Source: Bryobacterales bacterium (GTDB lineage Bacteria > Acidobacteriota > Terriglobia > Bryobacterales > Bryobacteraceae). From it: a stretch of 64,000 nt of DNA. Position numbers and translations under genes: made by a program. The first letter of the stretch is position 1. Each line of letters begins with the position of its first letter. This document shows positions 37,847-48,414 of this stretch, piece by piece. The stretch is taken from the NCBI GenBank assembly GCA_963798295.1, contig CAWCSV010000002.1:738023-802022 (forward strand). Reading direction: 5' to 3'. Below the pieces are notes generated by a model. It worked only from the letters and a program-made list of their open reading frames with translations. It ran no database searches and was not told the origin of the DNA.

Positions 37847-38443
37847 ATGCTAAACCAAGTGCGTTTGGCGCTCGCTGCGTTTTACGCCGTCAGCGTCCTG
37901 GGAGGCCAGCCGCCAGCCCCGGTTACCGCTGTTGTGATGCCGGATGGACGATATTCCGGCATAGCCCTTCGCGAAATGGGTCGTGAGGCGGCTCATATCC
38001 TCAAAAAATCCGGTATTGCGTTCCATTGGCATCTCGGGCGGCCTACGCAAGGCGTAAACGGGATGCTGGTAGTGGTGAAGCTGGTGGGCCGTTGCGACAT
38101 GGACGGATCGCCGGCGTTTCTGGAGCCTGGACCGCTTGGGTGGTCGCACGAGTCGGATGGCGTGGTTCTCCCGTTCAGCGATCTGGCTTGCGACAATATT
38201 CGCGGTGCAGTCCTAAACGCCCTGCTGGCGGGCAATCAGGCTCAAGGAAATGTTTTGCTGGGCCGCGCCATGGGTCGAGTTTTGGCGCACGAGCTCTATC
38301 ACATTGTGGCCGACACGGAAGACCACGGCGGGGATGGCGTCGCGCAATCTACGTTATCGGCGCGAGAATTGACGTCGGGCCAACTAGAACTGCGGCCATC
38401 GGATGTGGAAGCAATCCAAAGCGGTCTGCGCCAAGCGCGCTAA
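37847..38443 (+). CDS. secreted hypothetical protein with an HExxH motif
   Basis: Signal-like N-terminus. VLAHELYHIVADTEDHGG suggests a zinc-metalloprotease-type site. Confidence 0.45.
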   Translation: MLNQVRLALAAFYAVSVLGGQPPAPVTAVVMPDGRYSGIALREMGREAAHILKKSGIAFHWHLGRPTQGVNGMLVVVKLVGRCDMDGSPAFLEPGPLGWSHESDGVVLPFSDLACDNIRGAVLNALLAGNQAQGNVLLGRAMGRVLAHELYHIVADTEDHGGDGVAQSTLSARELTSGQLELRPSDVEAIQSGLRQAR

Positions 38444-38824
38444 GGGAAAGGCGAAGCGAACCGGCTCCCTCTCGATCGCGGCTCAGTTTTTGACAGCCTC
38501 TAATGCGTAGCCTAGTGGAGGTGCGTGGGCCGGCGACAGGCGCAGAAGCGGGGGCATCAGGTTAAGTTGTTGATAGGCAACAGCATCGAGGGGAAGGGTT
38601 GTGCACTCAGCGGCGTCAGAGACTACAGGCGGCGTCGTCCGTGGACGATGTACGGGTGTGTTTTCACGACGAAGCGGACCATTGCCGGTGTCGCAGGGCG
38701 CGGCCGCGGCTACTGATCGAAGTGTTCATCGACAACAACTACAGCGAGCTTACTCCGTCGACGGATTCGTCGGTCCGTGCCTTCCTCGCTGCGTGACGCC
38801 GTGGATTGGATCAGCTCGCGAGGG

Positions 38825-39613
38825 ATGAATAAGGAGTATCTCCTGCCGCATTCCATCTCGGACTTGAAAGTCAAACTCTTTGCCGACGGCGCCGATAAGG
38901 CCGCCATGCTCAAGCTCTACCGAAACCCGTGGATCAAGGGATTCACCACCAATCCCTCTCTCATGCGCGCAGCGGGGATTCGCAATTACGAAGCCTTTGC
39001 CCGCGATATCCTGCGTTCGATCAGGGACCGGCCTATATCTTTCGAGGTTTTCGCCGACGACCCGGACGAGATGTATCAGCAGGCGCTGCAGATCGCCGAG
39101 TGGGGCGAGAACGTTTATGTCAAAATCCCTGTCACCAACACGAAAGGAAAGAGCGCGCTCAGCGTCGCCCGCGAATTAAGCCGGGAGGGCGTCAAGCTGA
39201 ACATCACCGCCCTTCTCGCGCTCGACCAGGTACGGGACACCGCGGACGCCCTGGATGGCGGAGCCCCTTCGTGCATTTCCGTGTTTGCCGGCCGTATTGC
39301 GGACACAGGCCGTGATCCCGTTCCCGTGATGAAAAAGGCCGTGGAACTGGTTCACCAGCATCCTGGAACGGAATTGATCTGGGCCAGCCCCCGCGAATTT
39401 TATAACGTGATCCAGGCCGACTCGATCCATTGCGACATCATAACCGCGACTCCGGATGTTCTCGAGAAGCTGAGCCTCCTTGACAAAGATCTCTTGGAAT
39501 ACTCGCGCGAAACCGTCCAAATGTTTTACGACGATGCCAAAAAGTCCGGCTTTACCCTCACTGGTCAGGCCGGGCATAAAGTCGCGGTTGGAGGCGTGCG
39601 AGGACTCAAGTGA
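38825..39613 (+). CDS. transaldolase / fructose-6-phosphate-aldolase family protein
   Basis: In-frame ATG inside track ORF 38777..39613. KLFADGAD, GFTTNPSLM, VYVKIPVT (Schiff-base Lys context), NITALLALDQV. Confidence 0.8.
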   Translation: MNKEYLLPHSISDLKVKLFADGADKAAMLKLYRNPWIKGFTTNPSLMRAAGIRNYEAFARDILRSIRDRPISFEVFADDPDEMYQQALQIAEWGENVYVKIPVTNTKGKSALSVARELSREGVKLNITALLALDQVRDTADALDGGAPSCISVFAGRIADTGRDPVPVMKKAVELVHQHPGTELIWASPREFYNVIQADSIHCDIITATPDVLEKLSLLDKDLLEYSRETVQMFYDDAKKSGFTLTGQAGHKVAVGGVRGLK

Positions 39614-39695
39614 AGCTTCCGCGTCACGCTGAGCTCTGGCTGCCAGGGTATTTGCGAAACAGGTTCGCCAGGGACCTGCCGGTTGGAAAGGTCCG

Positions 39696-41799
39696 ATGAG
39701 GAAGGAAAAATTCCGCGTTGGGCTGGTAGGGACCGGCTACGTCAGCCAGTACCATCTCCGAGCTCTGAAGAAGCTGGATTACGTGCAGGTGGCCGCGCTG
39801 TGCGATTCGAATCTCGACTGCGCCACTCAAAGTTGCGAAGGAAGCGGGAATTGCCCGCGCCTACCGGAGTCTTGACGAACTGGCGCCGAAGCGTCTGGAT
39901 GTAATCCATATCCTCACGCCCCCCGCCTCCCACTGCGCGCTGACCGTGCAGGCTCTGAAGATGGGCTGCCACGTTCTTGTCGAGAAGCCCATGGCTCCGT
40001 CGTCGGACGAATGCGACCGCATGATGGACGCCGCAAAGGAGACCGGGCGCATCCTCTCCGTCAGCCACTCCGCGCGCATGGATCCAGTGGTGCTGGAGGC
40101 GCTCCGTCTGGTGAAGCAAGGCGCGTGCGGCGACGTTCTGGCAGTCGATTTTCTGCGAAGCTCGGATTATCCTCCCTACGGGGCGGCGCAATGCCGGCTT
40201 ACTACCGGGAAGGCGGGTATCCGTTTCTCGATATCGGCGTCCACGGGCTGTCGTTGATGGAAACGTTTCTAGGCGCGATCCACGCCGTGGACGTACGCCA
40301 CGTCGCAACCGGCCGGGACCCGTATCTGACCTTCGACGAATGGCATGGGTCCGTCCAATGCGAGCGGGGAACCGGCCACATGTATCTGTCGTGGAACGTG
40401 CAGCCGATCCAAAACGAGCTGATCATCCACGGCACCGCGGCGTCATGCACGTCGATTGCTATCTGCAAATCTGCACTGTACGCAAGCGGCTGAGGGGACC
40501 GAAAATGGTCCAGCGGATTGTCACGGCGTCCGCGAACTCGGCGGCCACGTTGTTCCAAGTTTCCGGTAATGTGGTGCGAGTTCGCCACCGGAAAGCTGCA
40601 GCCTTCGCCGGGCATTGGCGTGTCGGTGGCGAAGTTCTATGAGGCGCTTCGACCAGGGAGCCGCGCCCCCGGTTTCCGCCGAAGAGGGTCGGCGCATCGT
40701 TCGTTGGGCCGAGCACGCCACTCGCGGAGCTTCGGCCGACAAGCGAGCGATGCTCGAGCAGGCAGCGGTCGCACCCCCGCCCGCGAAAACTCTGGTCACC
40801 GGTGCGAGCGGGTTTCTGGGGCGCGCCTTGGTGGCACGGCTGCTCAGCAATGGTGAATCGATTCGCGTACTGGCGCGCCGTCCCATTGCCGATCTGGAAG
40901 GAGAATCCACGAGTGCATGTCGTCCGCGGAGACCTGGGCGATCCAGAGGCCGTCGAGCGCGCGGTCCAGGGAGTGGAACTGGTGTATCACGTCGGCGCCG
41001 GGATGCGCGGCGGCACAGAGGCCTTTGAAAGCGGCACGGTCTGGGGAACGAAGAATGTTGTGGCGGCTTGCCTGCGCCACGGAATCAAGCGCCTGGTATA
41101 CGTCAGCTCGTTGAGCGTGCTCGATCACGCCGGCCACCCGAAGGGTGTTCCTATCACTGAGTCCTCTCCGGTCGAGCCGCACCCCGAGCTGAGAGGCGCC
41201 TATTCGCAAACCAAACTGATCGCCGAAAATCTGGTGCTGGATGCGATTCGGAACCGGAATTGCCGGCGGTTATCCTTCGCCCGGGACAGATCTTCGGCCC
41301 GGTGCCGGAGAAGACGACCGCCATCGGGCGTCATCGGCTCTGGCCGGCCGCTGGCTGGTGATGGGTTCGGGCCGATTGCCTCTGAATCTCGTTTATGTCG
41401 AGGATGTGGTGGATGCGCTCCTGCTGGCGGCAACCGAAGCCGGATGTGTCCGGCCAGCGTGTTTCAACTGGTGGATCCCGCCACGTTGACCCAGCGTGAG
41501 TACATTGAAGCGGCCAAGACGTACGGTTCGGCGCCTCGAGTTTCCTACGTGCCGAAGCTGTGCTCTACACACTTGCGCTGGGCATGGAACTTCTCGGGCG
41601 AGTGCTTCGGCCGCAGACGTCGCCTCTCTCGCGCTATAAGATCCGGTCGCTCGCTCCCATTTCGCCGTTCGACGGCTCCGCGGCGCGCGACCAGTTGGGC
41701 TGGACGCCGGCGGTAGGCACGCGCGAGGGCCTGCTTCGGACCTTTTCCAAAGCGGGCGCAAAAGACCCCGTCCTGGCCTTGGCGGGCACTACGCATTGA
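39696..41799 (+). pseudogene. Gfo/Idh/MocA oxidoreductase fused to an NAD-dependent epimerase/dehydratase, broken by about 11 frame changes
   Basis: MRKEKFRVGLVGTGYVSQYHLRAL (frame 0). Then AKEAGIARAYRSLDELAPKRLDVIHILTPPASH...VLVEKPMA (frame 1), and pieces in ORFs 40011, 40340, 40518, 40615 (TLVTGASGFLGRALVARLL), 40802 (YVSSLSV...YSQTKLIAE), 41241 and 41560. Consecutive segments are collinear with the expected domain order. Confidence 0.7.
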
Positions 41800-41810
41800 G
41801 GACCCGTGGG

Positions 41811-42731
41811 ATGAACTGGCGCGTCAAAGGTGTGGTCCAGGGCGTGTTGAGTCTGGTGCCCGGCGGAGGCATTCGTCAACAACTTTCTTCAGACCACCCT
41901 CGGGAATCTTCGCGATTTTGAGGCGAATGTCGATGACAAGGTAGTCGATGACTGGCTGGTCCTGCTGGGGAACATGGCAGCGTTGGGCGTAAGGCCTCAG
42001 AACCTTGACTACGTAGAAGTGGGAACGGGCTGGTATCCGGCTTTACCCATCTGCTACTGGCTGGCCGGCGCGCGCAGCTGCCGCACCTTTGACATTACCC
42101 GGCATCTGAATCACAAATTGACGTTCCGAATGCTGCGCCGCATCGAGAATCATCTGCCGGCAATTGCGGAGGGCAGCTTCAGGCCTCTGGCAGAAGTTCG
42201 GGCAGCCTATGCATCGCTCAGCAATGCGAAGACAACGGAAGCAGTTGCTGCGCGCCGCTAGCATCGAGTATCTTCGCGCCTCACGATGCCGCTGACAGTG
42301 GATTGCCGGACGCCAGCGTGGACGTGGTCTTCTCCAACAGCGTGCTGGAACACGTTCCCGCCGATGCAATCCTGCGCATCATGCGCGAAACCCGACGGAT
42401 TCTTCGCAAGGGGGGCTTGGCCTTTCACAGCGCCAACTGCGGGGATCACTACGCCTATTTCGACCGTAGCATCACTGCGGTCAACTACCTGGCTTATCCC
42501 GAGCGGCAATGGTCGAAGTGGAATAATGGCCTGCTTTATCAGAACCGTCTTCGGCCGAGTGACTTCATCGATCTGGCGGAACAAGGCGGACTGCGGATCG
42601 TGTTGCTCAAGAGCAAACCGAACCCGAGGCTGCTTTCCGTTCTGCCAACCATGACGATCGCCCCCGAGTTCCGCCGGTATCCTCCGGAACAACTAGCCAC
42701 TACATCGGTCGACTTCGTGGCACAGGCGTGA
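41811..42731 (+). pseudogene. class I SAM-dependent methyltransferase, broken by at least 3 frame changes
   Basis: ATG at 41811 (MNWRVKGVVQGVLSLVPGG). ORF 41974..42261 (VEVGTGWYPALPI...). ORF 42303..42731 (VDVVFSNSVLEHVP...LRKGGLAFHS). The pieces sit in different frames but in collinear order. Confidence 0.6.
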
Positions 42732-42870
42732 GCCGCGCTGCCATTTTTTTGTGGGTACTACTAGTACAACTGCCGGCAACGCGCTGGCTGGAGCTTGGCT
42801 GCGATTGTCAAGACTTGCCTTATACTACTCGGTGCCGGGAAACAAAGTGGAAAATCCCGGTTTAATCGTT

Positions 42871-43785
42871 ATGAAGCATCCGCAATCCATAGCGCCAGGA
42901 GGGTCTTCTGATAGGGCATGTCCGCCGGCGTCGATAGCGATGCGGATGAAGATACCAGAAAGCGAATATCGTTCGGCGGAACGCCTGTACTACCACTACA
43001 AGGTCGAAAGAGAGTTAGGAGACCGCCTGCGCAATGCCACCAAACCGGAGCGCGCGCGGCTCTATCGGACCGTCTATGACGAGATGTTTCGCCGTGTCCC
43101 GGATCATCCGCAGGTTACCGCGCCGGACAGGCCCGCGCATAGGCTGAAGGCCGCCAGCCAACTGCGGCTGATCGAACCATTCTTGAAACCCAGTACAGTG
43201 TTTCTCGAAATTGGCGGTGGGGACTGCGCCCTCTCGTTTCTCGTGGCCCCGAGAATCAAGCAGGCCTATGGCCTGGAGATCACCGATCACCTGGTGCCGC
43301 ACACAGCGCCGCCAAATTTTCAATTGGTGCTATCGGACGGGAGCTCGATCCCAATCCCCGCGAATACTATCGACATGGCCTTCAGTTTTTCCCTCATAGA
43401 GCACGTTCACCCGGATGACATCGTTCAGCATCTGGCGGAAGTGCATCGGGTTTTGAAGCCGGGTGGAATCTACTATTGCGTCACGCCGAACCGGCTATTG
43501 GGTCCGCACGATATCTCCCGCTACTTCGATACTGAGGCGACCGGTTTTCACTTGAAGGAATACACCGTCGGGGAACTCTCAAAGCTGTTTCGGGATGCCG
43601 GATTCCGCGGACTGTGGGTTGAAAAGAACTGGAGATCGCACCGTGTTCCCGTACCTGCGGTAGCAATGCGGACCGCGGAAGGGATCCTGGGAGCGCTGCC
43701 CTGGCCCGCCCGGTACCGTCTGGCGAGAGTCCGCAGAGTCTACTGGGCCATGGAGGTCGGCTTGGCCGGAAGGAAACAGCGCTGA
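42871..43785 (+). CDS. class I SAM-dependent methyltransferase
   Basis: VFLEIGGGDCALS, AFSFSLIEHVHPDD, LKPGGIYYCVTPN. The start is uncertain (ATG at 42871, 42940 or 42946 within track ORF 42751..43785). Confidence 0.75.
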   Translation: MKHPQSIAPGGSSDRACPPASIAMRMKIPESEYRSAERLYYHYKVERELGDRLRNATKPERARLYRTVYDEMFRRVPDHPQVTAPDRPAHRLKAASQLRLIEPFLKPSTVFLEIGGGDCALSFLVAPRIKQAYGLEITDHLVPHTAPPNFQLVLSDGSSIPIPANTIDMAFSFSLIEHVHPDDIVQHLAEVHRVLKPGGIYYCVTPNRLLGPHDISRYFDTEATGFHLKEYTVGELSKLFRDAGFRGLWVEKNWRSHRVPVPAVAMRTAEGILGALPWPARYRLARVRRVYWAMEVGLAGRKQR

Positions 43786-43839
43786 TCTCGGCGCGCTGCC
43801 GCCTTCCGCATCAGGCCGTAAAGGCAAGTCGCCGTAATT

Positions 43840-45138
43840 ATGACAGCCTCGACACAGCTCGGAAGCATTCGCACGCATATCGAGAAAAGGCGGCTATTGC
43901 TGCCGGTGGTGGCTTTCGTCCTCACCACTACCTACATCGTTCTGGCGCAACTGTCACCGGCCGTTCTTTTTCCGCAGCTGGCGCACCACCACATCATGGT
44001 GTGGTTGGCTGTCGGCGCTGCGCTGGCAGGCCTGTCGCAGGTCCTTTTCCATCCCTCGCGGTGGCGATCTCCAGAGGTCTATCTGATGCTGGGGCTGACG
44101 GCGGCCGTGCCGATCTCCCTGATCGCAAACGCTCAAGCTGGCGGCGCGCTACGGGGTTTGCGGGATTTCGTCGTTTCCGGAGGCGCGTTCTTCCTGGTGT
44201 TTGCAGCCGTGGATACTGTCCGGAAGATTCGTGTTTTGGCTTTTGCCGTGGTTATAGTAGCGATCTACTTACTTTCGCAATCTCTTTATGGCTGGTGTCG
44301 GAATGGAGTGCAGAGCCAGTATGTATTACGGCAGCACCTCTATAACGCCCAGCAAGATGTGATTGGCGAATTCCCCCGTTTGAAGTCTGTTGGACTCCTT
44401 GATGATCCCAATATCTTCGCGCAGTATCTGCTGGTGGCGGCCAGCCTGCTGACGTTGGCCTGGTCGCCGGGGCGTTGGCGGCGTAGCCTGGTGCGTAATC
44501 TGGCGCTGGTGATGCTGCCAGGCGCCTATCTGCTTTACGGTGTTCTGGTCACCCATTCCAGAGGTGGCCTGATTGGACTCGCCATCCTGATTTTTTTTCT
44601 GTTGGAGAAAAGATTCGGCAAATTACTCTCGCTGGTGCTCGCGGGTGTTTTGCTTCGCCTCTTGTTTGTGATGGGGGCCGCGGGACCACGTTCCATCTCG
44701 CTCAGCGATCCCTCTATCGCGGGGCGCATCCAGGTAGCGCGAACCGGCGTCCGCATGTTTAGAGCCGCGCCGGTGTTTGGCGTCGGGTTCCAGCAGTTTA
44801 CCGTGCATAACCCGTCTCTTACCGCACATGATTCGCTCCTGCTGTGCTTGGCAGAACTCGGGATCGTTGGTTCCCTCTTTTGGCTCGGTCTCTTGGTTTT
44901 CTCGATCATTTACCTGAACGGGTTTGTCCGGAATCATACCGTCCTAGTGCAGGCGCCGGGCCTCGCGAGCAGCGCCAATGGAGTCCGAATTGCATTATTC
45001 ACGTTCTTTGGAACAGCCTTATTTCTTTCGCAAACCTACGCTATGACGCTTTACGTGTTGATCGGGATGGCTGCTGCTGCCCGCCAATTATTTCTCCGGC
45101 AAGCGGAGGCCGGGGGGTTCAGGAGATTCAGCCATTGA
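43840..45138 (+). CDS. O-antigen ligase/Wzy-family polytopic membrane protein
   Basis: 432 aa with about 10 TM helices. THSRGGLIGLAILIFFLL loop motif typical of the Wzy_C/O-antigen ligase domain. Confidence 0.75.
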   Translation: MTASTQLGSIRTHIEKRRLLLPVVAFVLTTTYIVLAQLSPAVLFPQLAHHHIMVWLAVGAALAGLSQVLFHPSRWRSPEVYLMLGLTAAVPISLIANAQAGGALRGLRDFVVSGGAFFLVFAAVDTVRKIRVLAFAVVIVAIYLLSQSLYGWCRNGVQSQYVLRQHLYNAQQDVIGEFPRLKSVGLLDDPNIFAQYLLVAASLLTLAWSPGRWRRSLVRNLALVMLPGAYLLYGVLVTHSRGGLIGLAILIFFLLEKRFGKLLSLVLAGVLLRLLFVMGAAGPRSISLSDPSIAGRIQVARTGVRMFRAAPVFGVGFQQFTVHNPSLTAHDSLLLCLAELGIVGSLFWLGLLVFSIIYLNGFVRNHTVLVQAPGLASSANGVRIALFTFFGTALFLSQTYAMTLYVLIGMAAAARQLFLRQAEAGGFRRFSH

Positions 45139-46118
45139 CCGCCTTTATTACAGGCGCCGCCGGCTTCGTCGGCAGCAACCTCACTGACCGGCTCCTGGCC
45201 CTGGGGCACGACGTCGTCGGTTTCGACAACTTTTCCACCGGGCGTATCCAGTTCCTGGAGTGCGCTCTTCGGAACCCCCGTTTTCGTCTGCGTCGCGGCG
45301 ATCTGCTGGATCTCGAAGCGCTCTCCGCGGCTATGGCCGGCGCGGATTTCGTCTATCACCTCGCTTCGAATGCCGACGTCCGCTTTGGCACACACCATCC
45401 GCGCAAGGATCTGGAACAGAGCACCATCGCAACGTGGAACGTCCTGGAGGCCATGCGCACCAACAATGTCCGCCGCATCGCCTTCGCTTCCTCGGGTTCC
45501 GTTTATGGCGAACCCGATGTCATTCCCACTCCGGAAGAATGCCCCTTCCCGATCCAGACATCTCTTTATGGAGCCGCCAAACTCGCCGCCGAAGGATTAA
45601 TCGCAGCCTATTCGGAGGGCTTCGGCATGCAAGCCTGGATCTTTCGCTTCGTCGCGCTGCTGGGGCCTCGCTATACGCACGGTCATATCATCGATTTCTA
45701 CCGGCAGCTCCGGGTCCATCCCGACGTTCTGAACGTCCTCGGCGACGGCCACCAGCGAAAATCCTACCTATACATAGGGGACTGTATCGACGCGATACTC
45801 ACCGCTACCCGGCAAGCGTCGGCAAAAGTGAACATCTTCAACCTTGGCACCGACCAGGCCTGCGAAGTGAATGATTCGATCGCCTGGATCTGTGAGCGCC
45901 TGGGTGTAAACCCCCGTTTGATGTATTCCGGAGGGAAGCGGGGCTGGATCGGCGATAGCCCGTTTATACTCCTGGATTGCAATCGGATTCGGTCCTTGGG
46001 GTGGCGCCCGACACTGTCCATTCAGCAGGCCGTGGTGCGCACTGTTGAGTTTATCGAGGGCAATCCATGGCTGGACGATCCCGCGGTTGCCACTCCGCAG
46101 GCGGCATCGAGAGCATAG
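45135..46118 (+). CDS. NAD-dependent nucleotide-sugar epimerase/dehydratase
   Basis: TTG at 45135, preceded by AGGAG 9 nt upstream and overlapping the previous stop. FITGAAGFVGSNL, ASSGSVYG, YGAAKLAAE (YxxxK). Confidence 0.85.
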   Translation: MTAFITGAAGFVGSNLTDRLLALGHDVVGFDNFSTGRIQFLECALRNPRFRLRRGDLLDLEALSAAMAGADFVYHLASNADVRFGTHHPRKDLEQSTIATWNVLEAMRTNNVRRIAFASSGSVYGEPDVIPTPEECPFPIQTSLYGAAKLAAEGLIAAYSEGFGMQAWIFRFVALLGPRYTHGHIIDFYRQLRVHPDVLNVLGDGHQRKSYLYIGDCIDAILTATRQASAKVNIFNLGTDQACEVNDSIAWICERLGVNPRLMYSGGKRGWIGDSPFILLDCNRIRSLGWRPTLSIQQAVVRTVEFIEGNPWLDDPAVATPQAASRA

Positions 46119-46121
46119 AAG

Positions 46122-47318
46122 TCAACGATCGGCAAAAGCCTTTTGAACTCGGTCTAGAGCACTTTCGGCGCAGGCTTGCCAAGAAGAGTTCCGGACAGCG
46201 TCCATTCGTGTTCGGCGGATTTCGGCAGTTTCACCTTGCAACGCCTGCTCAATCTTTTGGAGGAAGTCTTCATACGAGTCCGCGAGAAAGATCACATCGT
46301 GCAGGCGTTCGATCTCCGGCGCTCGAATACTGACCACAGGCTTGCCCGTCGCCAGGTACTCCCGTATCTTGAGAGGGTTCGAATTCAACACGAAGCGATC
46401 TCTCCAGTAAGGCGCTATCGCCACGTCGAAGGCTTTGGCCCAGCGGGGAAGCGATTCATAAGGCTGTGGCCCGGGGAGGTGCACATTTGGTAGCGCCGCA
46501 ATCGCGCCGACATCCACCGCAACCATGCCGATCAGTAGAAACGTCCAATTCTTGCGCTGTCCGGCCAGGTAGGCGATAAGTGCTAAATCGATTCGACTCG
46601 CGATGCTTCCAAAGTATCCTATAACCGGTTGCCGTAGCCCTTGCGCAGCCTCGGGGATCTCCGTAGCCGGATCCTGAGCCTGGCTGAACAGATCGAAATC
46701 GACGCCATGCGGCGAGTATTCGACATTTCGGTTTAACTCCCGCTTCGGGTTCAGAAGGGTTTGCGAACAGACGAAAACCACATCCGCCCGCGATGTAAGT
46801 TGGTCGTCAAGGCGCTGGATCCGCGCAGCATCCATCTGCGCCATCGCGGCGTAGTCATCGACCACGTAGTACACAACCAACTCCTCCCCAACCCTGCCCG
46901 CCATCGCAGCCGGGTGCGGCACCGCGAACCAGCTTAGACGGCGGTCAAAGTGCAGAATCCGGGCCGCGCGCCGCACCAGCCAGCGGCCGAATGCCCGATT
47001 GAAACTTTCGACAAAGGGTAACTGGCGGAACGGTATCTGCGGCACCGTGATGTGCCACAACTGCGGCCCTACGGCCTTGGGCCTCGCCAGGAACTTCTGC
47101 GCGATCCGGAGGATCTTTCGCAGATCGCGGGTACTTGCGGTGGGCGATCGCATGCCCGGAGTGTCCACGTACAGTAGCGGCATGCGGCGGGCAAGCTGCC
47201 GCGCGATGTGATGACTGGACGTGCGATTCTCCGCAAACCAGTCATTGCCAAAATAGATAACGCTGAGGTTTTGAAGCGGGTCCTGCAAGTTTTCGGAATT
47301 CGCGGCCGCTGAAGTCAT
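46122..47318 (-). CDS. glycosyltransferase (GT-B, TuaH-like; paralog of 29475..30692)
   Basis: VIYFGNDWFAENRTSSHHIARQL...SPHGVDFDLF...NPLKIREYLATGKPVVS. Confidence 0.75.
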   Translation of the reverse strand: MTSAAANSENLQDPLQNLSVIYFGNDWFAENRTSSHHIARQLARRMPLLYVDTPGMRSPTASTRDLRKILRIAQKFLARPKAVGPQLWHITVPQIPFRQLPFVESFNRAFGRWLVRRAARILHFDRRLSWFAVPHPAAMAGRVGEELVVYYVVDDYAAMAQMDAARIQRLDDQLTSRADVVFVCSQTLLNPKRELNRNVEYSPHGVDFDLFSQAQDPATEIPEAAQGLRQPVIGYFGSIASRIDLALIAYLAGQRKNWTFLLIGMVAVDVGAIAALPNVHLPGPQPYESLPRWAKAFDVAIAPYWRDRFVLNSNPLKIREYLATGKPVVSIRAPEIERLHDVIFLADSYEDFLQKIEQALQGETAEIRRTRMDAVRNSSWQACAESALDRVQKAFADR

Positions 47319-47429
47319 CGTTTGATTAACTGACCCATCCTAGCGCGCCAGGAGTCGGCGCAACCGACAAAACCAAGATGAATCCCGGCAGGGATCAATT
47401 CGGGCTACTGTTGTTATCATGAAGTCGGG

Positions 47430-48374
47430 TTGGCACCGATATTGCCGCTAGTCAGCACGTCTGTCTCCGGCCGGGAGGTCGCATCCCCTGAGGTCAGCGT
47501 TCTGATGCTGACCTACAACCGCCCCCAATTCCTGGGCCGCGCCATTCAAAGCGTTATCGACCAGAGCCTGGAGGATTGGGAGCTCATCGTGGTCCAGGAT
47601 GGGCCGAACCAGCAAACGGCAGCGGTCATGGAAGAATGGGTGAAGCGCGATCTGCGAATTCGCTACTTTCAACGCGAGCGCGTCGGCAACATCGCAAACG
47701 CCTCTAATTACGGTTTGGCCCGCGCCCGGGGCCAGTATATTGCGATTCTTGATGACGACGATTACTGGGTGGCGGCCGACAAACTCGGAAAGCAAGTGGC
47801 GTTCCTCAAAAGCCATCCCGATTATGCCGGCTGCGGCGGCGGCATGACTGTTATCGACGACCACGAGAATATCCAGATGTCGTATCTGAAACCGGAACAG
47901 GACCACGAGATCCGGGCCCGAGCGCTCTGCGCGAATCCCATGACCCACTCGACAACCATGTTCAGGCGCTCGCTGGGCGAAGAGATTGGATACTTCGACG
48001 AGTCGCTGGCTGGCTATCAGGACTGGGATATGTGGCTGCGGTTCGGCAGGCTCGGAAAGCTTTATAATTTTCCAGAGATATTCACCCGATATACGCTTTG
48101 GAGCGGAGGCGGGTCGTTTCAGCAGCAGCGCAAGAACGTGCGGTCCGCCGTGAAGATCGTGTTTCGCCATCGCACGGGATATCGAGGGTTTGCGGGGGCC
48201 TTGGCGCTGGTGCTCGTGCACCTGGCGTACGCGCATCTTCCTGCTCGCCTCAGTAAATCGTCCTTTTCGTTCCTGGCGCGGCGAAAGAAGGCGATCTTCT
48301 CGGGGAAACAGAATGGGACCGCACAGGAACATGGCAGTCCGGGGGAGTCAAAGCGGGAGGATTCGGGCCCGTGA
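47430..48374 (+). CDS. glycosyltransferase family 2
   Basis: VSVLMLTYNRPQFLGRAIQSVIDQSLEDWELIVVQDG...ILDDDDYW. Non-ATG start (TTG) assumed, so the start is uncertain. Confidence 0.85.
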   Translation: MAPILPLVSTSVSGREVASPEVSVLMLTYNRPQFLGRAIQSVIDQSLEDWELIVVQDGPNQQTAAVMEEWVKRDLRIRYFQRERVGNIANASNYGLARARGQYIAILDDDDYWVAADKLGKQVAFLKSHPDYAGCGGGMTVIDDHENIQMSYLKPEQDHEIRARALCANPMTHSTTMFRRSLGEEIGYFDESLAGYQDWDMWLRFGRLGKLYNFPEIFTRYTLWSGGGSFQQQRKNVRSAVKIVFRHRTGYRGFAGALALVLVHLAYAHLPARLSKSSFSFLARRKKAIFSGKQNGTAQEHGSPGESKREDSGP

Positions 48375-48414
48375 GTATGGCTCGCGCGACGAGCATCGCC
48401 GCCGCTCAGCCAGT

